Origin: Candidatus Tanganyikabacteria bacterium
GTDB taxonomy: Bacteria > Cyanobacteriota > Sericytochromatia > S15B-MN24 > VGJW01
Direction: 5' to 3'
Assembly (NCBI GenBank): GCA_016867235.1
Contig: VGJY01000003.1
Span: 406-64,405, forward strand
DNA length: 64,000 bases
The position numbers and the translations under genes were made by a program. Position 1 is the first letter of the stretch. Each line of letters starts with the position of its first letter. The notes beneath the pieces are model-generated. The model saw only the letters and a program-made list of their open reading frames with translations. It was not told where the DNA came from and did not search any database. Shown here piece by piece: positions 46,063 to 55,283 of the stretch.

Positions 46063-46701
46063 ATGCACTACGAGATAGGCCAAGAGGTAACACTGAGGCT
46101 CGGGGACCGGGTCCTCAAGGGCAAGATCACCGACATGACGGTCTCGTCGGCCGTGATGTCCTTTCCCGTGCCGTTCGAACTGCCGCCCTCCGGCATGGTG
46201 GTCTGGCCGGACGGCATGGTCGCCCGGGCCGACATGTCCCAGGCTTCGCCCTCGACTAACGTGATGATCAAGCTGCCCTTCCCCACCCGGTCCGAGGGCG
46301 CGCGCCTGCCGGCCCCGCTGCCCGCGGCCGAGAACAAGGCCACCGACCACCGCCGCACGGTGCGCATCGACGTGTCACTGCCCCTCACGGTCGCCGACTT
46401 CACCGGCACGCGGCGGCTGATGGACGCCAGGACGCTCAATATGTCCTCGGGCGGCGCCCTGGTGCTGTGCGAGTCCAACCTGATCGTGGGGCGGGACTAC
46501 ACCCTCAAGCTCGAACTGCTGGCCGAACTCATCGCGCTAAAGGCGCGGGTCGTACGCCGCCTCGGCCGCAACACCTACGCATTTCGCTTCCTGGCCGACT
46601 CGGACACGGGCCACGGCCTGATGCGCAAGGTCTTCATGCTGCTGCGCGGTTCCGAGTCCTCGTCCGGCAAGCGACCTTCATGGAATTTCAGGAGAGGCTA
46701 G
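46063..46701 (+). CDS. PilZ-domain protein (putative c-di-GMP receptor)
   Basis: RRTVRIDVSLPLTV (RxxxR) ... TLNMSSGGALV (D/NxSxGG). Confidence 0.6.
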   Translation: MHYEIGQEVTLRLGDRVLKGKITDMTVSSAVMSFPVPFELPPSGMVVWPDGMVARADMSQASPSTNVMIKLPFPTRSEGARLPAPLPAAENKATDHRRTVRIDVSLPLTVADFTGTRRLMDARTLNMSSGGALVLCESNLIVGRDYTLKLELLAELIALKARVVRRLGRNTYAFRFLADSDTGHGLMRKVFMLLRGSESSSGKRPSWNFRRG

Positions 46702-47501
46702 TCGCGGCGACCGGGGCCGGCGATCCCGAGACCGGCGCGGTCGAGACGCCGGCAAACGGGCAGCCCGAGGCCGAGCCCATGCGCAAGCCGGGCGAGATGC
46801 CGCTCACCGACCACCTCGAGGAACTGCGGTGGCGCATCATCAAGAGCGCGGGTGCCCTCGCCGCGGGCTTCGGCGTCTGCTTCGCGTTGCACCAGCAGAT
46901 CATCACCCTGCTGCTGGCCCCGGCTCACCGGGCCGCCATCGTGCACGGCAACCTCGTATTCACCGCGCCGGCCGAGTACTTCGTCGCCGCCCTCAAGGTG
47001 TCTTTCTTCGCCGGGCTCTTCCTCTCGCTGCCCGTGCTCCTCTACCAGGTCATGGCGTTCGTCGCCCCCGGCCTCACGAATCGGGAGCGGCGCTGGGTGG
47101 TGCCCATGTCCGTCGCGGCGGCGGTGCTCTTCGCGGCGGGCGCCGCGTTCAGCTATCTGGCGCTGCTGCCCATCGGCTTCAAGTTCCTGGTGGGCTTCGC
47201 CCCGCAGGACGTGGTGCAGCCCATGCTGTCCATCGGCGAGGTGCTGTCGTTTTCGACGCTCTTCCTCTTCGCCACCGGCGGAGTGTTCCAGTTGCCCCTG
47301 GTGTTGCTGGCCATGTCGCTGGTGGGCATCGTTTCCTCGGGGCAACTGGCTCGCTTCCGCCGGATGGCCATCGTCCTGGCCTTCCTCGCCGGTGCCCTGC
47401 TGTCGCCGTCTCCCGACGTGTTCAGCCAGGGCCTGCTCGCCGCGGCCTTGCTCGGCCTCTACGAGATCAGCATCGTGCTGATGAAGGTGGCGCGGCGCTG
47501 A
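46680..47501 (+). CDS. tatC: Twin-arginine translocase subunit TatC
   Basis: MPLTDHLEELRWRIIKS... six-TM TatC pattern. Overlaps the PilZ gene by 22 nt. Confidence 0.85.
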   Translation: MEFQERLVAATGAGDPETGAVETPANGQPEAEPMRKPGEMPLTDHLEELRWRIIKSAGALAAGFGVCFALHQQIITLLLAPAHRAAIVHGNLVFTAPAEYFVAALKVSFFAGLFLSLPVLLYQVMAFVAPGLTNRERRWVVPMSVAAAVLFAAGAAFSYLALLPIGFKFLVGFAPQDVVQPMLSIGEVLSFSTLFLFATGGVFQLPLVLLAMSLVGIVSSGQLARFRRMAIVLAFLAGALLSPSPDVFSQGLLAAALLGLYEISIVLMKVARR

Positions 47502-47507
47502 TCCGAG

Positions 47508-47525
47508 GCCGGCACGGAGGCCGGC
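47508..47525. terminator. GC hairpin GCCGGC-ACGGAG-GCCGGC 7 nt after the tatC stop (same family as 41193..41210)
   Basis: Identical 18-mer to 41193..41210. Confidence 0.35.
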
Positions 47526-47531
47526 CCCACC

Positions 47532-47726
47532 CTATTCGACCACCCGCAGGCGGCGGATCGGTTCGGCCACGCCGTGCCGGGACACGATCTTGAAGATCAC
47601 GGCCGGCGCCAGCAGGCGCATGCAGTCCATGACCCCCTCGGTGATGACGCTGACCTTGCCGCTGGTGCGAACCTCGAGGGGAATCGCCTCGATGATCGCG
47701 TCCACTGCCTTCTGTTCGTGCCGCAT
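47532..47726 (-). CDS. Small hypothetical protein (64 aa) at the end of the mglBA/GGDEF gene string
   Basis: MRHEQKAVDAIIEAIPLEVRTSGKVSVITEGVMDCMRLLAPAVIFKIVSRHGVAEPIRRLRVVE. GGAGGG RBS about 9 nt upstream of the internal ATG. Confidence 0.4.
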   Translation of the reverse strand: MRHEQKAVDAIIEAIPLEVRTSGKVSVITEGVMDCMRLLAPAVIFKIVSRHGVAEPIRRLRVVE

Positions 47727-47837
47727 CCTCTCAACCCTCCTGCAATCGAGGATAGGTGGGCGGACGCGGCGCTGTGAACCGGGATCGGGCCATCTCCCGA
47801 CAACCTTCACGGGTGACGCGGGTCGCCCCCGTCGCGA

Positions 47838-48611
47838 TCACTTGCCGCGGTCGGTGGATCCCCTGAGCATGTCGGTCACGCGCCGGACCGTGGGCCGGAA
47901 CAGGTCGGCCAGCGTGTAAGGCTGGGGCGGTGCCTCCTTGAGGCCCTCGACGTCCCTGGGATCGAGGGTGCCCGTGCCGCGTGGCCGCACCAGGTGCGGC
48001 GGCGGGAACAGGCGCGCCAGCACCGGATCGTTCTCGAAATGCACGTGCACCGACGTGAGGTGAAACACCTGCCCGCGCATCTTCTCGACCGAGATGCCGG
48101 CGAGCTTGTCGAACGCCTCCTCGGGCGGGCCCATCTCGCACTCGGTGAGCGCCTCCTCGACGTAGCGCAGGGCTTCCCATGCCGATTCGTACTGGCCGGA
48201 CGCCACGGCGGCGGCGCGGGCGGCGTCCCGGCTCTCGGCGATGCGGGCGGCGACCTGCCTGGTGAACAGCTTCTCCTGCATCGGCAGGTTCTGGAAGAGC
48301 ACCGCCTCTGAAAGCTTGCCTTCGTTGAGGCGTATGGCGCGCTTGAGGATGGCCATGCGCGGCCGCACCTCCAGGACCGTGGCCTTGGCTCGCGCCAGTT
48401 CCTCGTGGAGTTCGCGGATGCGCGCCCGGCCTTGCTCGGCGGTGCGGTTCGGCAACCGGCCCGTCCCGGCGCTCGCCCGCAGGCCCGGCGAGGCCTTGAA
48501 CTGGTCCGTGCCGAACGCCTTCAGGTCCTCCGGCTGCAGCGGCGCCGTAGGGGAAGCGGTGATCTTGTCGGTCCCTTGGCCTGCCTTCTGGGGCCGACGG
48601 GGAAAGGGCAT
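47838..48611 (-). CDS. Hypothetical protein, paralogue B of a tandem pair (about 258 aa)
   Basis: Shares the C-terminal motif ...EKMRGQVFHLTSVHVHFENDPVLARLFPPP... with the upstream paralogue (...EKIRGLVHPLAMLHVTFEGDEMLSALVPPP...). Start taken at the internal ATG (MPFPRRPQKAG). Confidence 0.5.
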   Translation of the reverse strand: MPFPRRPQKAGQGTDKITASPTAPLQPEDLKAFGTDQFKASPGLRASAGTGRLPNRTAEQGRARIRELHEELARAKATVLEVRPRMAILKRAIRLNEGKLSEAVLFQNLPMQEKLFTRQVAARIAESRDAARAAAVASGQYESAWEALRYVEEALTECEMGPPEEAFDKLAGISVEKMRGQVFHLTSVHVHFENDPVLARLFPPPHLVRPRGTGTLDPRDVEGLKEAPPQPYTLADLFRPTVRRVTDMLRGSTDRGK

Positions 48612-48645
48612 TCCGGCTTGCCCCCTTTGCTCGCTCGTCTCTCCC

Positions 48646-49428
48646 CTACTTACCCGACGGCGGCGGGGGGTATAACAGCGCCCTGACCGCCCGCCTGACG
48701 AACCTCCTGGCCGCCTTGGCCACGTCCTGCGGGTTGTTGAGCACGTTCGCCAGGGCGTCCGTGAGGGGGCCCGTGAGGGGCCGGGTGCCGGATGCCTGCG
48801 GCAGCCCATCGTCCGGCGCGACTAGCTTCCGGGTCTCGGTCTTGCGCGGCGGCGGCACCAGGGCCGAGAGCATCTCGTCGCCCTCGAACGTCACGTGCAG
48901 CATCGCCAGCGGGTGGACCAGACCGCGGATCTTCTCGATGCGCAGGTCGCGAAACGCCTCGGTGCCGATGGTCTGCGCGGAAACGGCCGCCTGCTCGACC
49001 GCCTTCTCCAGCGCGGCCATCTGCTCGGCGGCCGCATTGAACTGCGCCACCGCCACCTCGACGCGCTGCCGGAACTGCGTGGCGTCCACCAGGTGCAGGG
49101 CGAGGGCCCGCACGTAGTCCTTCTCGTCGGCCGAGCAACCGGCGAAGAGCTGGGCCTCCGGCACCTCGCCGGCCAGCAGGCCGAGCGCCAGGCGCAACGC
49201 GAACATCGGCCCCTGCAGGTCCTCGAGCAGCACCTTCGAACGCGCGATCTCGGCGTAGATGTCCCCCAGGCGCTTGGCGGCATCCGCGTCCACCGCCGAC
49301 CCCTGCTCGGCCCGCACCCAGGCCGACAGGCTGACCTCGTCGCTCCCCTTGGGACTGCCGAGGCTCAGGTCGCTCGTCCGGGGCGTGTTGAGCTTCCCCG
49401 TGTCGCCCCGCTGGAACTCGTCTCGCAA
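48646..49428 (-). CDS. Hypothetical protein, paralogue A of a tandem pair (260 aa)
   Basis: See paralogue B. Lies 4 nt downstream of the GGDEF gene stop. Confidence 0.5.
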   Translation of the reverse strand: MRDEFQRGDTGKLNTPRTSDLSLGSPKGSDEVSLSAWVRAEQGSAVDADAAKRLGDIYAEIARSKVLLEDLQGPMFALRLALGLLAGEVPEAQLFAGCSADEKDYVRALALHLVDATQFRQRVEVAVAQFNAAAEQMAALEKAVEQAAVSAQTIGTEAFRDLRIEKIRGLVHPLAMLHVTFEGDEMLSALVPPPRKTETRKLVAPDDGLPQASGTRPLTGPLTDALANVLNNPQDVAKAARRFVRRAVRALLYPPPPSGK

Positions 49429-49432
49429 TGGC

Positions 49433-51406
49433 CTATTCCAGCTGCTCGCGCGGCGGCACGCCGACCTGGTTGCGGCCGTTCTGCTTGGCGTGGTACAGCG
49501 CCTCGTCGGCCACGTGGATGAGCGCCTCCGTGGACGGCCCGTGCACCGGGTAGGTCGAGAAGCCGAAGCTCGCCGTGATGGTGCGGTCGGGCAGCAGTTC
49601 CTGGTCGGCGAACGGAAACTCCGCGACCCCCAGGCGCAGCTTCTCGGCGACCTGCCAGGCGCCTTCGTAGCCGGTCTCGGGCAGGATCACGGCGAATTCC
49701 TCGCCGCCGAAGCGCGCCACGATGTCCACCTTGCGCGTCTGGTCGCGCAGGAAGGCCGCGGTTTGCTTGAGCACGGTATCCCCCGCGAGGTGGCCGAGGT
49801 AGTCGTTGCAGATCTTGAAGTGGTCGATATCCAGGATGATAAGCGAGAAAGGCCTGTTGTAGCGATAGCCCTTCTGCTGCTCCTCGTGGAGGCGCTGGTT
49901 GAAGTAGCGGCGGTTGAAGACGCCGGTCAGGCCGTCGGTGATGGATCGTTCGTGCTCGCGCTGCCACTGGATGGCGTTGAACACCGCCGACGCCGTGTGC
50001 GCCACGAGGGTCTCGACCATGTCCCGCCCGGTCGTCTCGGTCTCGCTCTCGGTAGCCACGACGACCAGGCCCAGGCAGGCCTGCTGCACCTTGAGCGGGA
50101 AGAGCACGACCTTCCCGGCCTCGGAGAACGGCGTGCCCTCGAGGGCCTCGCGCGGCAGATCCAGCGAGGGCGGGTAGCCGGTCTTGTCCAGGAAGTAGAG
50201 CCACTGGTCGGCCGGCTTGAAGCCCTGGGTGCTCGACCCGGCCGCGAACGTCCAGCCTTCGATGCCGGCGAGGTAGACGTCTACCCAGTGGACGGGCTGC
50301 ATGAAGTGGGGCAGGTGCGAGACCAGTTCCTTGCAGGCGACGTGCATGTCCAGGGTCTTGCCGACCTCGCGGGTGGCCTTGGTCAGGTCGCGGAGCTTGT
50401 CGACCAGGGCCGCGACGCGGTTGCGCTCCTGGTGGGCCTCGAAGTACAGCCGGCTGGTCAGCAGCGCGCCGGTGGCGGCCTGGGCGAGATCGGCCAGGGT
50501 CTCGAGTTCCGCCGACGTGAAGAGGCGAGGTTGCCGGCTGCCCACCAGGAGAACGCCCAGTTCTTCCCGCTGCGTGAGGAGCGGCACGGCCATCGCGGCC
50601 AGGAGGCCGTGCTTGCCCAGGCCGGCCGGCGGTTCGCCGAGGGCCGCCAGGTTGGGGATGACCATCGGCTTGCCCTCTTCGAGCACGTCGGCCAGGAAGC
50701 CCGCCTCGGAGAGGGGGACCGTCGGTGCGACCTCCTGGATGCCGCCCTTGCGCAGGATGTCCCGCAGCGAGCCCTGCTTGGGCGGATACACAGCCAGATC
50801 CTCCACCAGGCGCAGGCCCCCGGGCTCGCGGTGGTAGAGGCAGGCGTACTGGGCGCCGGTGGCCTGGGCCACGATGGTGCAGATGTTCTGGGAGAGCTGG
50901 TTGAGGTCGTAGGCGTTGTTGATGTTGAGGGTGAGAAGTTGCAGCGCGTGGAGCTTCCGGGCGACCTCGCCCATCATCAGGTCGGCGCGGATGGCCTTGC
51001 GGCCGAAGGCGCTCGCCGCCAGGCCCGCGGCCACCATGTGGGCCGCCGTCTCCCACTCGCCGGCCACCACCTCGGGCGCGAAGAAGATCCCGCCCAGCGG
51101 CCGCGGCACCGGCAGGGCCACCGGCAGCCACATACGCCCGTCCTCGTCGGCCAGGGGGGCCAGGTCCCGGTCGCCGTAGGACAGCAGCAGCCCGGCGAAG
51201 TGCGCCTCCACCTCGGGCGAGCCGGCAAACGGCCGCCATGGCCGGGAGCCGTCCTCGCGGAAGGCGATGGCGCAATCGGTCTTGCCCAGGCCCTCGCCCC
51301 AGATCGCCGCCGCCCCGCGCGCGAACTCCGCGAGATCCTCCGCCTCCCGCCACAGCTTGGCGATCGGCTCCAGGACCCGACGGGTCAGCGCCTCGGATAG
51401 AGGCAT
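49433..51406 (-). CDS. Diguanylate cyclase with tandem N-terminal GAF domains (GAF-GAF-GGDEF)
   Basis: 657 aa. Active-site RFGGEEF, upstream RYNRPFSLIILDIDHFK. Two GAF-like regions. Confidence 0.85.
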   Translation of the reverse strand: MPLSEALTRRVLEPIAKLWREAEDLAEFARGAAAIWGEGLGKTDCAIAFREDGSRPWRPFAGSPEVEAHFAGLLLSYGDRDLAPLADEDGRMWLPVALPVPRPLGGIFFAPEVVAGEWETAAHMVAAGLAASAFGRKAIRADLMMGEVARKLHALQLLTLNINNAYDLNQLSQNICTIVAQATGAQYACLYHREPGGLRLVEDLAVYPPKQGSLRDILRKGGIQEVAPTVPLSEAGFLADVLEEGKPMVIPNLAALGEPPAGLGKHGLLAAMAVPLLTQREELGVLLVGSRQPRLFTSAELETLADLAQAATGALLTSRLYFEAHQERNRVAALVDKLRDLTKATREVGKTLDMHVACKELVSHLPHFMQPVHWVDVYLAGIEGWTFAAGSSTQGFKPADQWLYFLDKTGYPPSLDLPREALEGTPFSEAGKVVLFPLKVQQACLGLVVVATESETETTGRDMVETLVAHTASAVFNAIQWQREHERSITDGLTGVFNRRYFNQRLHEEQQKGYRYNRPFSLIILDIDHFKICNDYLGHLAGDTVLKQTAAFLRDQTRKVDIVARFGGEEFAVILPETGYEGAWQVAEKLRLGVAEFPFADQELLPDRTITASFGFSTYPVHGPSTEALIHVADEALYHAKQNGRNQVGVPPREQLE

Positions 51407-51431
51407 TTGCCCTCTTTACCTGCTCCCGCGG

Positions 51432-52013
51432 CTACTTGTTGAAGGTCTCCAGCACCAGTTGCGAAAGAGACCGCAATGTATCGGATACCCCCAAACCGGT
51501 CACTGCCACCGCTTCATGCGCCGGAACGGCGTTTTTGTTGAGTTCCCGTTCGAGATCGACGACCGGCACGGCACCCGGAATGTCCCGCTTGTTGTACTGC
51601 ATCACCCACGGCAGGCCGCCGAGGGAGAGGCTGTAGTCCTCGAGGTTCGCGGCGAGATCCTCCATGCTCTCCAGGTTCGCGCTCCAGCGCGCCGGGGAGG
51701 AATCGGCCACGAAGACCAGGCCGTCCACGCCGGAGAGGATGGACTTGCGCGAGTTGACGTACTGGACCTGGCCGGGGACGGTGTAGAGCTGGAAGCGCAC
51801 GTCGAACCCCTGGATCTTGCCCACCTCCAGCGGCATCAGGTCGAAGAAGATGGTCCGCTCCGTCTCGGTCGCCAGGTTCAGCAGATCGCCGCGCATGTCC
51901 GGGTCGATGGAGTGGTGGAGCCATTCGAGGTTGGTCGTCTTGCCGCAGAACCCCGGCCCGTAGTACACGAGCTTGCAGAGGATTTCTTTCTTCCCGAAGT
52001 TGATGATCGGCAC
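51432..52013 (-). CDS. mglA: MglA, Ras-like polarity/motility GTPase
   Basis: Near-collinear match to Myxococcus/Thermus MglA (INFGKKEILCKLVYYGPGFCGKTTNL ... TETERTIFFDLMP ... LYTVPGQVQY ... VMQYNKRDIP). Confidence 0.9.
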   Translation of the reverse strand: MPIINFGKKEILCKLVYYGPGFCGKTTNLEWLHHSIDPDMRGDLLNLATETERTIFFDLMPLEVGKIQGFDVRFQLYTVPGQVQYVNSRKSILSGVDGLVFVADSSPARWSANLESMEDLAANLEDYSLSLGGLPWVMQYNKRDIPGAVPVVDLERELNKNAVPAHEAVAVTGLGVSDTLRSLSQLVLETFNK

Positions 52014-52124
52014 GTCGGCCGCCTACCGAAGGCCGCGCGGCCGAAACGGCTGCGGCGGACGACACCGGCGCCTCATGCGCCCCAAGATCTCTCCCGAGCC
52101 GAGACCCAACACAGCAAATCTTCC

Positions 52125-52622
52125 CTAGAAGTTCCCCAGCGCGTCGTCGATGCTCGAGGCATCGAGCAGGCCGCCCTGCTGGACGGGCGCGCGCTGCTGC
52201 CGGGCCGACGACATCAGCATCGCCAGGCGCCCCGCGGCCGTCTTGAGCGGGACGTCCACCTGCGATGCCAGGCGTTCCGACGGGAAGGTCGCCACGAGCA
52301 GATCGTCGGTCTCGAGCAGGATCAGGGCCGTGTAGCTGTGCGGCCCCTTCTGCATCAGCTCGCGGATGGCGTACTCGCCCATGAGGCCCGAGAGGGTCTT
52401 GAGGCTCTTGAAGATGCCGCCGACCAGGGCGCCCACCGCCGGGTGCGCGGTCCGGCCGCCGCCCTTGGCCGCGAGCGTCAGGCCGCTGCGCTCGACCAGG
52501 GCCGCCGAATCGGCGCCGCCCTCGCGCAGCAGGCCGTCCAGCGCGCCGTCGAGTTCGGCTTGCAGTTCGGCCGTGACGACCAGGTTGGTCAACAGGTCGT
52601 GGGGAGTGCCTTGAGCGTCCAC
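52125..52622 (-). CDS. mglB: MglB, Roadblock/LC7-domain GAP of MglA
   Basis: 165 aa with roadblock-like core (SAALVERSGLTLAAKG ... ALILLETDDLLVATF). Immediately upstream of mglA in the canonical mglBA order. Confidence 0.7.
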   Translation of the reverse strand: MDAQGTPHDLLTNLVVTAELQAELDGALDGLLREGGADSAALVERSGLTLAAKGGGRTAHPAVGALVGGIFKSLKTLSGLMGEYAIRELMQKGPHSYTALILLETDDLLVATFPSERLASQVDVPLKTAAGRLAMLMSSARQQRAPVQQGGLLDASSIDDALGNF

Positions 52623-52901
52623 TTGGCCTCCTTGGGGGGAGTTCGGGTTCTACTTACCCGCCCGGGCCCAGCCTATCGCAACCGGGCACGCTCGACCGAG
52701 TCCAGCTGGCCGGCTGCACTCCCAGACCGCCGAGCACGTACAGGTGCGGGACAGAACGGCACGCTCGAACACGGCATCTCCGGCCCGCTGTCGGCAGAAT
52801 CGTTTCCGGCTCACCCGGCAAGGCAGTTCGAGGGCAATCGCTGCCGCGCAGGGCCCGAGCATTGCAGTCGAGGCGAATGCCGAGCATAATCGCTTCAGGA
52901 A

Positions 52902-54014
52902 TTGAAGCAAATGTGGATCTGGGAGCGACCAGAGTGGCCGACCTTCCGGTGGGACGCGGCCGCGCTTTCGGGCCCGCTCGGCAGCGCACGCCTTGCGCAG
53001 GGTAAGATGCTCGGGGCCATGCGGTTGTTCGACCCTGCCTCGAGCGCGGAGGCCGCTGCCGAGATCCTGGTCGAGGATGGTTTTGCCACCAGCGCCATCG
53101 AAGGCGAGCACCTCGATCCGGCCCGCTTGCGCTCGTCGGTGGCGCGGCACCTTGGCCTGCCGGCCGGCGGCTTGCCCTCCCCGTCGCCGGAGGGGGAGGG
53201 CCTGATCCAGGTGCTGCTGGACGCGACCGGGCGGCACGACGAGCCGCTGACGATCTCGCGCCTTTGCGCCTGGCAGGCCGCGCTGTTTCCCGGCGGGCGC
53301 TCGGGCCTCGCGCGGATCCGCGCGGGGGAGCTGCGCGGCGAATCGCCGATGCGCGTGGTGTCCGGCCGGCCGGAGCGCGAGCGCATCCATTTCGAGGCGC
53401 CGCCTCGCGCCGCCCTGGCATCGGAGTTGTCGCGCTTCCTTGATTGGTTCGGCCAGCGGGATCCGGGCAGGGATGGCCTTGTCCGGGCCGGGCTCGCGCA
53501 CCTGTGGTTCGTCACGATCCACCCGTTCGAGGACGGGAATGGCCGCCTCGCCAGGGCGATCACCGACATGGCATTGTCGCAGGACGAGGGGCGGCCGTTC
53601 CGCGCCTTCAGTCTCTCGGCGCAGATCTTGCGCGAGCGGGACGCCTACTACGAGATCCTCGAGCGCACGCAGCGTTCGGATCTCGAAGTCACGGCCTGGC
53701 TGGGATGGTTCCTCGCACAGGTGGCATCGGCTGCCGAGGCATCCGAAGCGACGATTGCCAGGGTCCTGGGAAAGGCGCGCTTCTGGCTCAAGCATCAGGG
53801 CACGCCGCTCAACGACCGGCAACGTAAGGTCCTGAACCGTCTTCTGGACGCAGGCCCGGGCGGCTTCGCCGGGGGCCTCAACACGCGCAAGTACGTGGGC
53901 ATGACGCGGATCAGCCGCGCCACGGCTTACCGCGAATTGACCGACATGGTTGCCAAGGGCTGCCTGCGGCAAGCGGGCGCAGGCCGATCGGTGAAATACG
54001 AGGCGGCCTGGTGA
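52902..54014 (+). CDS. fic: Fic-family AMPylase, class II (N-terminal inhibitory helix), with C-terminal wHTH-like domain
   Basis: Canonical Fic motif HPFEDGNGRLAR. Inhibitory motif TSAIEG ((S/T)xxxE(G/N)) about 115 residues upstream. Confidence 0.85.
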   Translation: MKQMWIWERPEWPTFRWDAAALSGPLGSARLAQGKMLGAMRLFDPASSAEAAAEILVEDGFATSAIEGEHLDPARLRSSVARHLGLPAGGLPSPSPEGEGLIQVLLDATGRHDEPLTISRLCAWQAALFPGGRSGLARIRAGELRGESPMRVVSGRPERERIHFEAPPRAALASELSRFLDWFGQRDPGRDGLVRAGLAHLWFVTIHPFEDGNGRLARAITDMALSQDEGRPFRAFSLSAQILRERDAYYEILERTQRSDLEVTAWLGWFLAQVASAAEASEATIARVLGKARFWLKHQGTPLNDRQRKVLNRLLDAGPGGFAGGLNTRKYVGMTRISRATAYRELTDMVAKGCLRQAGAGRSVKYEAAW

Positions 54015-54135
54015 GCGGCCTTTCCCTCACAAATCTGGACGAGGTTATCCAGACTGGCCGGGCGTTTTCCCGCCTCTTTCCCGCCAGGCTACGCGATCTG
54101 TTAATCCCCGGGCCTCTGGAGAGCCAGTGTAGCTG

Positions 54136-55191
54136 CTATTGGGCTGTTTGCGCGGCGTACGCGAAGACCTGCGACGCCTGCGAGACGGCGCCCAGGTCCA
54201 CCAGGCTGTCGTCGAGAGCCTTGACGGTCTCCTCGCCGCCCAGGCCGAACACGTTGGCGCTCGTCCTGGCCAGCTGCAGGACCCCGAACGCCGCTGTGGC
54301 ATACAGGCCGAGCGTGTTGCCCCACTCGGCGGTCGATTGCGTGACGTTGCCGGGCTGCTCGCCCTTGCCCAGCGCCTCCATGGCCACCCTGGACTCCTTG
54401 AAGAAGCTCTCGGCCCGGTCGGGGTCCGGGTTCGACATCCCGAGCCACTTCATCACCGGCTTGACGTACTTGAAGTTGCGGACCAGGTTGTCGAGGCTCT
54501 TTTGCACCTTCTGCGCGGCGCTCTGCATCTGGTAGGTCACCACGAAGGGCCGGGTGGCCAGATCGGCGGCCGCCCGCTGCACGTCGGGGGTGGCGTACTC
54601 GTTGACCGCCCAGTTGCCGTCGGCGGCCTTGTAACTCTGGTGCAGGCCGCGCATGCGCTTGAAGAGGATGACGGCTTCGGCGGTGGCCGCGTCGAACTGC
54701 CCGGTGGCGTACGACAGGTAGCCCAGGCGCACCAGGTGCCGCTGCAGTTCGTGCACCTGCCCGCCCATGCCGGGCAGGCTGGGCCCGACCGTGCCGCTGC
54801 GCGAATAGCCCTTGACCTCCTGCGTGAAGTTCCAGACGTTGTCGAGATCGACCTGCAGGCGGTACCGCGCCGCCGTCGCCCGCCAGTCGCCCAGTTGCAG
54901 CACGCGGAACGCCCGGGCGAACGCCGCCGCGATGCCGGCGAAGAGCGCCTTGATGGCCTCGAGCACGCCGCTGCCGGGCGACCCCTGTATCGGCTGCGCC
55001 GGGGGTCCCCCGTAGGCCGGAGGCGGCCCGTAGGGCGGAGGCGATCCGTAGGCCGGCTGGCCGAAGCCGGGGCCGGCAACCGGGGGGTTCCAGCCTGGGG
55101 TCGGCGCGGGGTAGTAAGCCGGCGCCTGGCTGGCACCCCGGGCTTGACCCGGGAGTGACCAACTATTGGAAGCGGGGACTCCTAACAGCAC
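54136..55191 (-). CDS. Pro/Gly-rich protein with peptidoglycan-binding (PG_binding_1-like) domain
   Basis: N-terminal PPPYGPPPAYGGPP repeats. VHELQRHLVRLGYLSYATGQFDAATAEAVILFKRMRGL matches the PGBD1 pattern. Confidence 0.55.
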   Translation of the reverse strand: MLLGVPASNSWSLPGQARGASQAPAYYPAPTPGWNPPVAGPGFGQPAYGSPPPYGPPPAYGGPPAQPIQGSPGSGVLEAIKALFAGIAAAFARAFRVLQLGDWRATAARYRLQVDLDNVWNFTQEVKGYSRSGTVGPSLPGMGGQVHELQRHLVRLGYLSYATGQFDAATAEAVILFKRMRGLHQSYKAADGNWAVNEYATPDVQRAAADLATRPFVVTYQMQSAAQKVQKSLDNLVRNFKYVKPVMKWLGMSNPDPDRAESFFKESRVAMEALGKGEQPGNVTQSTAEWGNTLGLYATAAFGVLQLARTSANVFGLGGEETVKALDDSLVDLGAVSQASQVFAYAAQTAQ

Positions 55192-55283
55192 TCTAACACC
55201 CCTATCCCGCCGGCCGGAGAATCCGCGGTTAAGCGGATGCCAAGGACGGGGAAAGCACCGGTTAAATGCTAGAATGGAGGCCC

